Notes: a model not told the origin generated them from the sequence alone. A stretch of 64,000 nucleotides of DNA from Candidatus Woesearchaeota archaeon (GCA_964534185.1 CAZHOH010000004.1:17438-81437); one strand, 5' to 3'; positions 45,919-55,332 are shown, counted from the first letter of the stretch. Numbers and translations: made by a program.

Positions 45919-46704
45919 ATGGACTATTTTAAAATAGTGATGAAAAATTTGAAAGGAGGTTTTATGAGTGAAGGAAATCAAGAAAGTCAAGGTGAAGGTT
46001 TTACAGTTAAGAAGCTTACACTTTGGAAAGGTCTAACAGGACTTTTTGCTGTGCTCTTTGTTGTCTCGTTGATGACTGGAGGATTTAATTTGTCTGGTAG
46101 TGGTACTGGTGCTGTTGTTGCAGATGCTGGAAATAATCCTAATCCCCCTGCTGTTAATGGCAATACTGAAGTTTCTATTAGCGATGATGACCCTATTTTA
46201 GGTGATAAAGATGCCGAGATATCAATTGTAGAGTTTTCTGATTTTCAGTGTCCGTTCTGTGAAAGGGCTTATTCAGGGGCTTTGGCTCAGTTTAAGCAGA
46301 GTGATTATTTTGAGAATGGCGAAGTGAATCTGGTTTACAAGCACTTTCCTTTAAGGAGTATTCATCCTGATGCTCAAAAGGCAGGAGAAGCTGCTGAGTG
46401 TGCAAGGAGACAAGGAAAGTTTTGGGAATACCATGATACTTTATTTGAGAATCAGAGAGCATTAGATGGTGCAAGTTTGAAGTCTTATGCTTCGCAGTTA
46501 GGACTTGATACATCTAAATTTAATTCATGTCTTGACAATGGAGAGGCAACTGCAAAAGTTAATGCAGATTTAGATGAAGCAACTGCAGCAGGTGGTAGAG
46601 GAACTCCATACTTTGTTTTGATAAACAGTGATGGAGAGACTCAGACAGTTTCAGGAGCTGTTCCTTGGAGCAACTTTGAATCTGCAATAAAGGCTTTGCA
46701 ATAA
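45919..46704 (+). CDS. DsbA-like thiol:disulfide oxidoreductase, membrane anchored
   Basis: TM anchor, then a thioredoxin fold with active site CPFC (FSDFQCPFCERAY) and a downstream cis-Pro region. Confidence 0.8.
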   Translation: MDYFKIVMKNLKGGFMSEGNQESQGEGFTVKKLTLWKGLTGLFAVLFVVSLMTGGFNLSGSGTGAVVADAGNNPNPPAVNGNTEVSISDDDPILGDKDAEISIVEFSDFQCPFCERAYSGALAQFKQSDYFENGEVNLVYKHFPLRSIHPDAQKAGEAAECARRQGKFWEYHDTLFENQRALDGASLKSYASQLGLDTSKFNSCLDNGEATAKVNADLDEATAAGGRGTPYFVLINSDGETQTVSGAVPWSNFESAIKALQ

Positions 46705-46748
46705 TTTTGTTTTTTTTATTTTTGCTTCCTTTATTTTTTTAAAATGGA

Positions 46749-47261
46749 ATGTTTAAAATGGAATGGGAAAATCGTAAGAAGAAAATAAAGAAGGCGCTTC
46801 TTGAAAAGCCGTATGTTTTTATTTTTTTAATTGTGTTTATAGGCTATCTTGGTTTGAATGCATGGATTAATGACTTTGAGGTTACTTCAGGTGTTTTATT
46901 TACTAATTATTATACCGGTTTTATTGTGCCTTTTTTGATTTTGATGGTTTTGGTTGGGGGTTTGACTGCTTTGACTGTTAATCTTGTATTGGTTAAATAT
47001 GTTGAGTTGAAAATGTTGGCAGGTGTGAGTGGTTTTGCAGGGGTAGGGGTTTTTGTTGGTTTGTTGGGAGGAGCGTGTCCGGGGTGTTTTGCTGGATTGT
47101 TTCCTGCTTTTGTTGGTTTATTTGGAGTGAGTGCAACACTTGGAAATCTTCCTTTGTATGGTTTGGAGATTCAGATTTTATCGATAGGTTTATTAATGAT
47201 TTCTGTATTTTTTTTAACAAGCGAAACTAAATGTAAGGTGAAATATAAGAAAAATGGCTGA
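46749..47261 (+). CDS. membrane protein with CPGC motif (possible disulfide relay component)
   Basis: 170-aa polytopic protein. CxxC (GGACPGCFAG) lies within a hydrophobic segment. Confidence 0.4.
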   Translation: MFKMEWENRKKKIKKALLEKPYVFIFLIVFIGYLGLNAWINDFEVTSGVLFTNYYTGFIVPFLILMVLVGGLTALTVNLVLVKYVELKMLAGVSGFAGVGVFVGLLGGACPGCFAGLFPAFVGLFGVSATLGNLPLYGLEIQILSIGLLMISVFFLTSETKCKVKYKKNG

Positions 47262-47736
47262 GTTTAAATGTGTTGAATGTGAGAAAGAGTTTTTATCTAA
47301 GGATGCTTTGGATATGCATAATAATTCAAAACATTATACTGCTCCTAAGTTTAATTTTGATAAACGGAAAGTTCGAAATTGGGGAATTTTTGTTTTCATT
47401 GTTATTGTGATTATTTCTGGAGGTTATGCTATGACTGTTGTTGATTTAGAAGGAGAGCATGATGAATTTGCGCAGTGTATGACTGAAGCTGGTGTGAAAA
47501 TGTATGGGGCTTATTGGTGTTCAAATTGTGCTACTCAGAAAAACATGTTTGGAAGGAGCTGGGAGCATGTTGAGCATATTGAATGTGCTTTTCCTAATAA
47601 TGCTCAAGGGCAGAAACAGATTTGTGTGGATGAAAGTATTGAGGCTTATCCGACTTGGGAGTTTTCAGATGGTTCTCGGGTTGAAGGTGTTATAAGTCTT
47701 GAGAGACTTTCTGTATTAAGTGGCTGTGAATTGTAA
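47254..47736 (+). CDS. C2H2 zinc-finger / TM / thioredoxin-like fusion protein
   Basis: N-terminal CVECEKEF...H..SKH (C2H2), one TM helix, then the thioredoxin-like WCSNC active site and AYPTW cis-Pro motif. Confidence 0.55.
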   Translation: MAEFKCVECEKEFLSKDALDMHNNSKHYTAPKFNFDKRKVRNWGIFVFIVIVIISGGYAMTVVDLEGEHDEFAQCMTEAGVKMYGAYWCSNCATQKNMFGRSWEHVEHIECAFPNNAQGQKQICVDESIEAYPTWEFSDGSRVEGVISLERLSVLSGCEL

Positions 47737-48298
47737 GATGGAAGAGTTTATCAATAATGTTGTGGGGCTTGGAGTTTTTTTAATGCAAATTGCTTTTTTA
47801 GTTGGGGTTGGGGTTTTTATTTATGTTAAGAAAACTGGGAAGGTTGTTCCTTCTTATTTTAGATGGGTTTGGTATTTTGTAAAGGATAATTCTCTTTTAT
47901 TGGCTTTGGTTATTGTTACAGGAAGTACTATTGGAAGTTTATATTATTCTTATGGTTTGGGATATGCGTCTTGTGATTTGTGCTGGTTTCAGAGGGCTAT
48001 GATTTATCCCCAGGTTGTTATTTTGGGTGTTGCATTTTTGAAAAAGAATAAAGAAATTTTTGATTATGTTATTGGGTTGAATGTTGTTGGATTTATTATT
48101 GGGGCTTATCAGTATTATTTTCAAATGTTTGGTAATGCAGAAGCTTGCCCTATTGGAGAGGTTTCTTGCTTTTCGATTTATGTTCTTGAAATGAATTATA
48201 TTACAATTCCGATGATGTCGCTGAGTGTTTTTGTTTTGGTAGGGGTTTTAACTTATATCTGGAAGTATTATGATGAAGAGAATCCGAGGATTGAATAG
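47720..48298 (+). CDS. dsbB: disulfide bond formation protein B (DsbB/BdbC family)
   Basis: 4-TM protein. CDLCWFQRAMIYP closely matches the BdbC/DsbB first-loop CxxC-W-QR..YP motif. A second Cys pair lies in the later loop (CPIGEVSC). Confidence 0.75.
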   Translation: MAVNCKMEEFINNVVGLGVFLMQIAFLVGVGVFIYVKKTGKVVPSYFRWVWYFVKDNSLLLALVIVTGSTIGSLYYSYGLGYASCDLCWFQRAMIYPQVVILGVAFLKKNKEIFDYVIGLNVVGFIIGAYQYYFQMFGNAEACPIGEVSCFSIYVLEMNYITIPMMSLSVFVLVGVLTYIWKYYDEENPRIE

Positions 48299-48332
48299 TT
48301 AGTTTTAAATATAGTATGATTTCTTTAGGAAT

Positions 48333-49049
48333 ATGGACGGAACTTATTCGCCCCAGGATTTGAGAAGATTGTTTAGGGGAGTTAGAGCTGGAAAATCCTT
48401 ATTAGATTTAGCAGTAGCTCTTGGGCGTAGTGAAATTGGGGTTGGAGCTCATCTTGAAAAACTTTCCAGACAATCTCTTTATTGGCAATCTGTAGGGGCT
48501 GGGCGAGTATTAAAAGAATATGGCAGTTTGAAATGGAGAAGACCTCGAGATAGTTCTGAAAAAGTTGAAAAAAGTAGAGAAGAAGTCAGCAAATATTTGA
48601 GAGAACATCCTAGTGCGACTGTTAAAGATTTAGAAGAGGCTGGTTTAAGCTATCATTTGTCTGTTGGATATGATAATCGGCTTAATGATGCCCGGAGAGA
48701 AGTTGGAATTGAGGAATCTCCTAAGGGAAAACAGCCTCTAAAGAGTAGAAGAGAGTATAGAGAAGATGCTTTGGATTTTATTAGGGATAATCCTGATGCA
48801 ATATTTGAAGATGTTAAAAATGTTGGCTATTATTCTGATTTATGGTGCGAGGGTGAAAGTATAACGCAACTTAGAATTGATGCAGGAGTTATTCCTGAAG
48901 ATTCTATTAAAGCTGTAGAAGCAGCGCAGATTTTGGGAGTGAGCAAGACAACAATAACTAATAGAATAAAAGCAGGAAAACTTTCAGGATTTAAAAGAGG
49001 TGTTAATCTTTACCTTTCACGTTCAGAAGTTGAAAAATATTCCCGATAG
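48333..49049 (+). CDS. DNA-binding protein with C-terminal excisionase/MerR-type HTH
   Basis: C-terminal AAQILGVSKTTITNRIKAGKLSGFKRGVNLYLSRSEVEKY matches the Xis/MerR-family HTH. The gene is visibly more G+C-rich than its surroundings. Confidence 0.5.
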   Translation: MDGTYSPQDLRRLFRGVRAGKSLLDLAVALGRSEIGVGAHLEKLSRQSLYWQSVGAGRVLKEYGSLKWRRPRDSSEKVEKSREEVSKYLREHPSATVKDLEEAGLSYHLSVGYDNRLNDARREVGIEESPKGKQPLKSRREYREDALDFIRDNPDAIFEDVKNVGYYSDLWCEGESITQLRIDAGVIPEDSIKAVEAAQILGVSKTTITNRIKAGKLSGFKRGVNLYLSRSEVEKYSR

Positions 49050-49315
49050 TTTTACAATTATTTACACTTTTATCTTCTTTATCTATGTATTCTCCTTTTA
49101 ATCTTGGTAATCTTATAGGTACTCTCTCTATTGGTTTCTCCCAAACTACTTTTCTTTGATCTTCTTTGGCTCCCAATCCTTATTGTAATTATTACTACTG
49201 CTAATGCTTGTCCTACTAATTTTGGTTCCACCACTTATCTTATTCGTGGATATCTTTAAACTTTCTGGAATTTCGCAAAATCTTTAATAGTTAATTATAT
49301 AAATCTAAAAGACTA

Positions 49316-49519
49316 ATGACAATTATGACATCAGTAATTGTTCCTACAGATAAATTGGACAAAGTTCTTAGAGATATGGAAATGTTGGTAGAAGATGTAG
49401 CTTTGCTTATGAATCAGGAAGAAGTAGTCAAGAAGAGGATTTCAGATATTAAAGTTAATCCTTCAATTGCACTTTCTGAAAAAGAGCTTGAGGATTACAT
49501 TCATAAAAGAGGATTGTAA
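49316..49519 (+). CDS. putative antitoxin of RelE/ParE system
   Basis: 67-aa ORF located 2 nt upstream of the RelE/ParE-like toxin, in typical TA arrangement. Confidence 0.45.
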   Translation: MTIMTSVIVPTDKLDKVLRDMEMLVEDVALLMNQEEVVKKRISDIKVNPSIALSEKELEDYIHKRGL

Positions 49520-49521
49520 AA

Positions 49522-49830
49522 TTGGAATGGGTGATTAAATTACATCCCGATTTTTTGAAAGATTTAGATAAATTAGACAATAAAAATTTAGAAATATTTT
49601 ATAAGAAAAAAGCAAAAATTAAAAAGAATCCTTTAAGGTTGAAGCATTTAAGCGGAGGAGAAAATTGTTATAGAGAAGAAATAACTCAGAACATAAGATT
49701 AGTTTATTATATTGAAGGAAATATCATTTGGTTTCTTACAGTTGGAAAGCATGATAAATCTTATAATGAATATTTGATTAGATTGCGCAATCTTAGACAA
49801 AAATTAAATAAGGGAGATTTTTATGAATAA
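49522..49830 (+). CDS. RelE/ParE-family toxin
   Basis: 102 aa. KDLDKLD....I..KI.K...NP, then RLVYYIEGNIIWFLTVGKHDKSY, matches the RelE/ParE C-terminal core. Confidence 0.65.
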   Translation: MEWVIKLHPDFLKDLDKLDNKNLEIFYKKKAKIKKNPLRLKHLSGGENCYREEITQNIRLVYYIEGNIIWFLTVGKHDKSYNEYLIRLRNLRQKLNKGDFYE

Positions 49831-50122
49831 AGAGGAAATTTATTTTAGGTTGAAACAAGTTCCTAAAGGCAAAGTTATTACTTATCGTGATTTGGCGAGG
49901 AGTTTTGGTTCTCGGGCAGCGCGTTTTATTGGAAAGTGCATGAAAGAAAATTCGAATCCTGATGATGTGCCGTGTTTTAAAGTTATTCGGAGTGATGGTT
50001 TTGTGGGGGAGTATTCTGGTGGGGGGCGGGATGAGAAAGTTAGGCGGCTTCGAGCGGAGGGGATTGGGGTTGTTGAGGGGCGGGTGGATTTGGGGCGGTT
50101 TGGATTTAAGTTCAGGATATAA
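49823..50122 (+). CDS. methylated-DNA-protein-cysteine methyltransferase C-terminal domain protein (mini-MGMT / ATL-like)
   Basis: 99 aa. VITYRDLA..GSRAARFIGK...NP..VPCFKVIRSDG..GEYSGG matches the MGMT DNA-binding/active-site domain (PCHR equivalent PCFK; Cys retained). There is no N-terminal domain. Confidence 0.6.
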   Translation: MNKEEIYFRLKQVPKGKVITYRDLARSFGSRAARFIGKCMKENSNPDDVPCFKVIRSDGFVGEYSGGGRDEKVRRLRAEGIGVVEGRVDLGRFGFKFRI

Positions 50123-50154
50123 ATCTTTAAATAATCTGGATTGATAGTTTTGAT

Positions 50155-50511
50155 ATGGTAAAAGAAGTTGGACGTTCTGAAAGAGAAATTGCAAATGAAA
50201 GTTTTGTTGATAGATTGGAAACAATTGCTAGAGAGACGTTTCCAAATGTTGATGTCAGTAAATCGTCATTTTATCTTCATGTTCCTTTTGATATTGAAGG
50301 TGTTAGACATTTCCTTCAAGTTTCTACCTTAGGTCTTCCTGGTCGTCCTCAATATGAAATCTATGTTCCTGAACCCGGATTGATGGATGCTGCTTATAAA
50401 TTAGCAGAAGCTTATGAAAACGATTCTGAAGTAAGAGAGAGGATGGCTAGGGAAGGTGTTACAGATATTATTGTCAAAAGAAATTATCCTGATAGAGTTT
50501 CAATTCAGTAA
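50155..50511 (+). CDS. hypothetical protein
   Basis: 118 aa. Unrecognised. Confidence 0.35.
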   Translation: MVKEVGRSEREIANESFVDRLETIARETFPNVDVSKSSFYLHVPFDIEGVRHFLQVSTLGLPGRPQYEIYVPEPGLMDAAYKLAEAYENDSEVRERMAREGVTDIIVKRNYPDRVSIQ

Positions 50512-50517
50512 AATTAA

Positions 50518-51255
50518 TTAATCTTGTTCTACCCATCCATATCCTTTTTCTTCTAATTGATTTACAAGTTCTGCTGTTCCTTCTTGGGCAATTTTTCCAT
50601 TTATGATTATTGAAAGTTTGTCCGGGTTTATGTATTCGAGTATTCTTTTGTAGTGAGTTATGATTAGTATTGCTTTGTCTTTTGACATGATTTTGTTTAT
50701 TCCGTTTGCGACAATTCTTAATGAGTCGATATCAAGTCCTGAGTCTGTTTCGTCGAGGATTATTAATTCTGGATTGAGGACTGCCATTTGCAATATTTCT
50801 GATTTCTTTTTTTCTCCGCCTGAGAATCCTTGGTTAAGATAACGCTGTGCAAATGATTCTGGGAGTCCTAGAAGGGAGAGTTTTTCGTTTAGTAGTTTTC
50901 TGAATTGGATTAGTGATAAGTCTTCTTGTTTTAAGGAATTTAGCGAGGTTCTAAGGAAGTTTGAAATTGTGACTCCTGAAATTTCTGTTGGATATTGGAA
51001 AGATAGGAAGATTCCTTTTTTTGCTCTTTCATTTGGTTCTATTTCTGTTATGTCTTCGCCTTTGTATAGAATTTGCCCTTTTGTTATTTTGTATTTCGGG
51101 TTTCCTGCTAAAACATTTGCGAGTGTTGATTTTCCTGAGCCGTTTGGACCCATGAGTGCGTGGATTTGTCCTTTTTCGACTTCTAAGTTTAGTCCTTTTA
51201 GGATTTCTTCTCCTTCTATTTCAACATGGAGGTTTTTAATTTCTAGGAGTTTCAT
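50518..51255 (-). CDS. sufC: Fe-S cluster assembly ATPase SufC
   Basis: LEIKNLHV...GPNGSGKSTL Walker A, ABC signature FSGGEKKKSEIL and Walker B ILDE. At 245 aa with no permease partner, it is typical of SufC. Confidence 0.85.
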   Translation of the reverse strand: MKLLEIKNLHVEIEGEEILKGLNLEVEKGQIHALMGPNGSGKSTLANVLAGNPKYKITKGQILYKGEDITEIEPNERAKKGIFLSFQYPTEISGVTISNFLRTSLNSLKQEDLSLIQFRKLLNEKLSLLGLPESFAQRYLNQGFSGGEKKKSEILQMAVLNPELIILDETDSGLDIDSLRIVANGINKIMSKDKAILIITHYKRILEYINPDKLSIIINGKIAQEGTAELVNQLEEKGYGWVEQD

Positions 51256-51613
51256 TTTGGATTGCGATTTTTAGCGTTTTGAAACAAAGCAGGGCGCATT
51301 TTAGTCTTGCAGGACTTATTTCTATTTTGAGCATTTCTAAAAGGTCTTCTGGTTTTAGGGCTTTTACTTTTTGTAGGGGCATGTTTTTTATTTTGTCTGT
51401 TAGAATTGAAGTTGAGGCGATGCTTATTGCACATCCGTTTCCTGTGAATTTTACGTCGGTAATTTTGTTGCTTTCTATTTTTAGGTTGATGGTTATTTCG
51501 TCTCCGCATAAAGGATTTAGTTCTTTAGCGCTGTGGGTTGGGTTTTTTAGGTTTCCGAAATTGTGTGGGCGCTTGTATAAATCTATTATTTCTTCTCGGT
51601 AGATGTTGCTCAT
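51236..51613 (-). CDS. sufU: SufU/IscU-like Fe-S scaffold (NifU N-terminal family)
   Basis: NPLCGDEITI...GNGCAISIASTSIL pattern with the conserved Cys. Start placed at MSNIYREEIIDLYKRPHNFG (ATG 51613), which overlaps the upstream gene's stop. Confidence 0.7.
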   Translation of the reverse strand: MSNIYREEIIDLYKRPHNFGNLKNPTHSAKELNPLCGDEITINLKIESNKITDVKFTGNGCAISIASTSILTDKIKNMPLQKVKALKPEDLLEMLKIEISPARLKCALLCFKTLKIAIQNETPRN

Positions 51614-52254
51614 TTGAAAACCTCTGCTAAAATTTCGAGTGTTTGGTCCCATTTATAGGGTTTTTTTATTTTATTAGGAGGTATGTCTTTTATCTGCATG
51701 TTGGCTAAGTTTCTTAATATCTGTTCTGATTTTTTTCTTCCTGCATGGACGTATCTTTTTTGAGCTTCCAAATATAAATCTTCAGAAGTCCATGTTCCAA
51801 ATGGCTGGAATGCCTGAAGCATTTGTGCCCTGTCTAAGTAAATTATTGCAGTTAGTTCTCCTATTAGTTCTCTAATTACGTGAGGTTTGACTGCTCCATT
51901 TAGATTTCGGTTATAAAATTCTGGTTGTGTTTTTGAATGGAGGTAATGTCCTAATTCATGCGCCAAGCTGAAAGTTGTTGTCATATTCCAATCTGCTTGT
52001 TCATATTCTCCTCCATTAAGATGATTTTTGCTAGGAGTTTCTAGAACTATTTTTTTATCCTCTATAAAAAAATTGGCTTTTGTGTTCTTAAGTGGCTTAC
52101 CTATTTCTACTCTTAGATTTTTTGGAGGTCTTTGAAGTCCAAAGTATGGATGCATTTCCACTAAAAAATCTCTTTGGAATTTTGGTATTAGAGATTCTAT
52201 AGGGCCTTTTACTAGTGAGTTTATTGTTTCTGTGCTTTGTTTTCTTGGACTCAT
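51610..52254 (-). CDS. HExxH-motif protein (putative zinc metallopeptidase) embedded in suf operon
   Basis: 214 aa with LAHELGHYLH (HExxH). It is otherwise unrecognised and overlaps both neighbours. Confidence 0.45.
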   Translation of the reverse strand: MSPRKQSTETINSLVKGPIESLIPKFQRDFLVEMHPYFGLQRPPKNLRVEIGKPLKNTKANFFIEDKKIVLETPSKNHLNGGEYEQADWNMTTTFSLAHELGHYLHSKTQPEFYNRNLNGAVKPHVIRELIGELTAIIYLDRAQMLQAFQPFGTWTSEDLYLEAQKRYVHAGRKKSEQILRNLANMQIKDIPPNKIKKPYKWDQTLEILAEVFK

Positions 52255-53462
52255 TTGAAAATTTCCTGTGTGTGTTTAAGTGCTTGGATTGTTTTGTCGA
52301 TGTCTTGTTTTGTATTGTAAATTGAAAGTGATATTCTTGCTGTGCCTGCGATTTTTAATTTTGACATTAATGGCATGCAACAGTGATGTCCTGCGCGGAT
52401 GCATATTTTGTAATCGTTTAGTATTTGTGCGACGTCGTGTGGGTGGATGTTTTTTAGGTTGAATGAGATGATTGGTGCTGAATTTTTTGAGCTGTAGATT
52501 GTTATGTCTTTTAATTTTTTTAATTCTTTGATAGTGTATTTTGTTAATGCTTTTTCCTGACGTTCTATGTTTCTTAATCCTATTTGATTTATGAATTTTA
52601 TTGACTGTCCTAGTGCTATTGCGCCTGATATGTTTTGAGTTCCTGCTTCGAATTTTTGAGGAGGGTTTTGGAAAGTTGATTCTTTAAATGAGACTGAGTT
52701 AATCATGTCGCCGCCGAATTTAACTGGAGGGATTTTTTGTAATAGAGAGTATTTTCCGTATAAAACTCCGATTCCTGTTGGTGCAAAGGTTTTGTGTCCT
52801 GAAAATACTAGGAAATCGCATCTGAGTTTTCTTACATCAACTTTTGTTTTTCCGACTGACTGCGCTGCGTCTAGGATTAAGATTGCGTTGTGTTTTTTTG
52901 CTAATTGGGATATTTTTTTTATATTGTTGATTGTTCCTAATGAATTTGAGATATGACAGAGTGAGATGATTGCTGTGTTTTTGTTTATTATTTTTTCTGC
53001 GTGTTTGTAGTCGAGGGTTAAATCTTGTTTTATTTTTATGAATTTTATTTTCATGTTGTGTTTTTTTGCTGCTTCCTGCCATGGGACAATGTTTGAATGA
53101 TGCTCCATTTCTGTTAATATGATTTCTTTTTTGTTTTTGAAAATTTGTGGCAGGGAATTTGTTAAAATATTTAATGAGTCTGTTGTTCCTGATGTGAAGA
53201 TTATTTCTTTTGGTGAAGCGTTTATGAAGTCTGCGATTATTTTTCTTGAGTTTTCGTATTCTTGTGTTGCTTTCTCACTTAAATCGTAAATTCCGCGATG
53301 GATGTTTGCGTTGGTATTTGTATAGAAATTGTTTATTGCGGTTATGGCTTGTTCTGGTTTTTGAGTTGTTGCAGCGTTGTCTAGGTAAATTGTTTCTGGG
53401 TTCTTTTTGAAAAATGGGAAGTTTTGTTTCATTTTTGTTGTTAGTTGTTTATTTTTTAACAT
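52251..53462 (-). CDS. sufS: cysteine desulfurase SufS (class V aminotransferase)
   Basis: PLP-lysine region SGHKTFAPTGIGVLYGK, the HHSN motif, and the C-terminal active-site Cys region (HHCCMP). 403 aa. Confidence 0.85.
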   Translation of the reverse strand: MLKNKQLTTKMKQNFPFFKKNPETIYLDNAATTQKPEQAITAINNFYTNTNANIHRGIYDLSEKATQEYENSRKIIADFINASPKEIIFTSGTTDSLNILTNSLPQIFKNKKEIILTEMEHHSNIVPWQEAAKKHNMKIKFIKIKQDLTLDYKHAEKIINKNTAIISLCHISNSLGTINNIKKISQLAKKHNAILILDAAQSVGKTKVDVRKLRCDFLVFSGHKTFAPTGIGVLYGKYSLLQKIPPVKFGGDMINSVSFKESTFQNPPQKFEAGTQNISGAIALGQSIKFINQIGLRNIERQEKALTKYTIKELKKLKDITIYSSKNSAPIISFNLKNIHPHDVAQILNDYKICIRAGHHCCMPLMSKLKIAGTARISLSIYNTKQDIDKTIQALKHTQEIFK

Positions 53463-54862
53463 ACAGAATTCTCGATTTCAAGTTCTATTAGTCTATTGAG
53501 TTCGACTGCGTATTCAAGAGGAAGTTCTTTTATTATAGGTTCTATGTATCCTGCAACTATCATCTGAGTTGCTTCTTGTTCTGTTAATCCTCGGGACATT
53601 AGATAAAATAGTTGTTCTTCGCCGACTTTTCCAACTGCTGCTTCGTGTGCGACTTTTACGTCGTGTTCGTGGACGTCCATACTTGGGAATGTTAGTGCCT
53701 TGCTTTTGTTGTCAATCATTAATCCGTCGCAGGCAACACTTGATTTTACTCCTTTGCATCCTTTTTTTATTTGAATTAAACCTCTGTATGAACTTATTCC
53801 TCCGTCTTTGCTGATTCCTTTGCTTAAGATGTTTGAGGAAGTGTTTGGGGCGAAGTGGTGGACTTTGCATCCTGTGTCTTGATATTGTCCTTGTCCTGCG
53901 TATGCGATTCCTATGTAGTCTGATTTTGCGTTTTCGCCTACTAAGACTGAGCAAGGGTAGAGCATTGTAATTTTTGAACCCATGTTTCCATTTATCCATT
54001 CAATTATTCCATTTTCTTGAACAACTGCTCTTTTTGTGTTTAAGTTGTAAGTGTTTTTGCTCCAGTTTTCAATGCTTGAGTATCTTGCTCTTGCGTTTTT
54101 CATGACGTGAATTTCTACACATCCAGCGTGGAGTGAGTTTTCAGTGTATTGGGGCGCTGAGCATCCTTCTATGTAATGAATTTCTGCGTTTTCATCTACG
54201 ATGATTAATGTGTGTTCGAATTGTCCACCTTTTTTTGCATTCATTCTGAAGTATGCTTGTAATGGGATGTTTACTTTGACGTTTTTAGGTACGTAAATGA
54301 AAGTTCCACCTGACCATACTGCTGCGTGGAGTGCTGAGAATTTGTGGAGTTTTATTGGGACGCAGTTTGTCATAAAGTATTTTTTTACAAGTTCTGGGTG
54401 TTCCTGAACTGCTTCGTCCATGTCTAAGAATACGACTCCTTTGTCTTCCCATTCTTTTTTTAGGTTGTGGTAGATTGTTTCTGATTCGTATTGTGCACCG
54501 ACTCCGCCTAATGATTTTTTTTCTGCTTCTGGGATTCCTAATTTGTCGTAGGTGTTTCTTATATCTTCTGGGACATCTTCCCATGAATGGGATTTTTTTG
54601 CGTCAGGTCTTAGATAGTAATGGATTTTTGTTAAGTCTAAGTCTGATAGGTCTGGACCCCATGTTGGGATTTTTAGTTCTTTGAATGCTTTTAATCCTAG
54701 AAGACGTTTTTTTAGCATCCATTCTGGTTCGTTTTTGTCTTTTGATATTTGTCTTACTAAGTCTTCTGTGATGCCTTCGTCTGCTTTGAAAATTAGTCTT
54801 TCTTCGTTAAAAGAGTCATAGTTTTCTCTGTTTATTTCTATATTTTGTTCTTGCTGGCTCAT
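53456..54862 (-). CDS. sufB: Fe-S cluster assembly protein SufB
   Basis: 468 aa with a SufB-like beta-helix core (LIYVPKNVKVNIPLQAYFRMN..., EGCSAP..., HVMKNARARYSSIENW). Confidence 0.8.
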   Translation of the reverse strand: MSQQEQNIEINRENYDSFNEERLIFKADEGITEDLVRQISKDKNEPEWMLKKRLLGLKAFKELKIPTWGPDLSDLDLTKIHYYLRPDAKKSHSWEDVPEDIRNTYDKLGIPEAEKKSLGGVGAQYESETIYHNLKKEWEDKGVVFLDMDEAVQEHPELVKKYFMTNCVPIKLHKFSALHAAVWSGGTFIYVPKNVKVNIPLQAYFRMNAKKGGQFEHTLIIVDENAEIHYIEGCSAPQYTENSLHAGCVEIHVMKNARARYSSIENWSKNTYNLNTKRAVVQENGIIEWINGNMGSKITMLYPCSVLVGENAKSDYIGIAYAGQGQYQDTGCKVHHFAPNTSSNILSKGISKDGGISSYRGLIQIKKGCKGVKSSVACDGLMIDNKSKALTFPSMDVHEHDVKVAHEAAVGKVGEEQLFYLMSRGLTEQEATQMIVAGYIEPIIKELPLEYAVELNRLIELEIENSVC

Positions 54863-54919
54863 GGAAAATTAACTATTGTTAAGTATAAAAGGTTTTTGGG
54901 TTAAAGGTTTTTTATAGGA

Positions 54920-55261
54920 TTAAATTCCGCTACCTTGTTCTTGGTTTGAGTAGTCGGCTTGTATTGTTAAAATTCTTTGAACGTAGTCATGGCTTACTGG
55001 CTGTTTTATTAAGCTTTCTGATGGAAGTTCTAGAGGAATTCGAGATTCTAATCTAAAATTTGATTTTGGATCTCCATTTGAATAAAAAGGTTCTGAAACA
55101 ATGTGGGGCTTTATGTAAGCAGTGCCTTCTTCTATGTTTTCTATTTGCCCTAATAACTCTCCTCCACCCCCTGGAACAATTAATCTGTACCATCCAGTGT
55201 ATTCACTAGGTTTACTGGGGGTATTTCCATTTGTAAATCCAATTTGTCTTCTTCTTTCCAT
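54920..55261 (-). CDS. hypothetical protein
   Basis: 113 aa. Unrecognised. Confidence 0.35.
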   Translation of the reverse strand: MERRRQIGFTNGNTPSKPSEYTGWYRLIVPGGGGELLGQIENIEEGTAYIKPHIVSEPFYSNGDPKSNFRLESRIPLELPSESLIKQPVSHDYVQRILTIQADYSNQEQGSGI

Positions 55262-55332
55262 AATTTTTCAAGTTAGAGGGGTTTTATAAAACTTTCGATT
55301 AAGTATTTCTTTCAAGTAGTAACATAATAGAA

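Noticed and set aside
49050-49315. Possible degraded minus-strand ORF in the pyrimidine-rich spacer
   Set aside because: Hand translation of the reverse strand gave only short stop-interrupted frames with no motif. The region is kept as an unexplained compositional anomaly instead.
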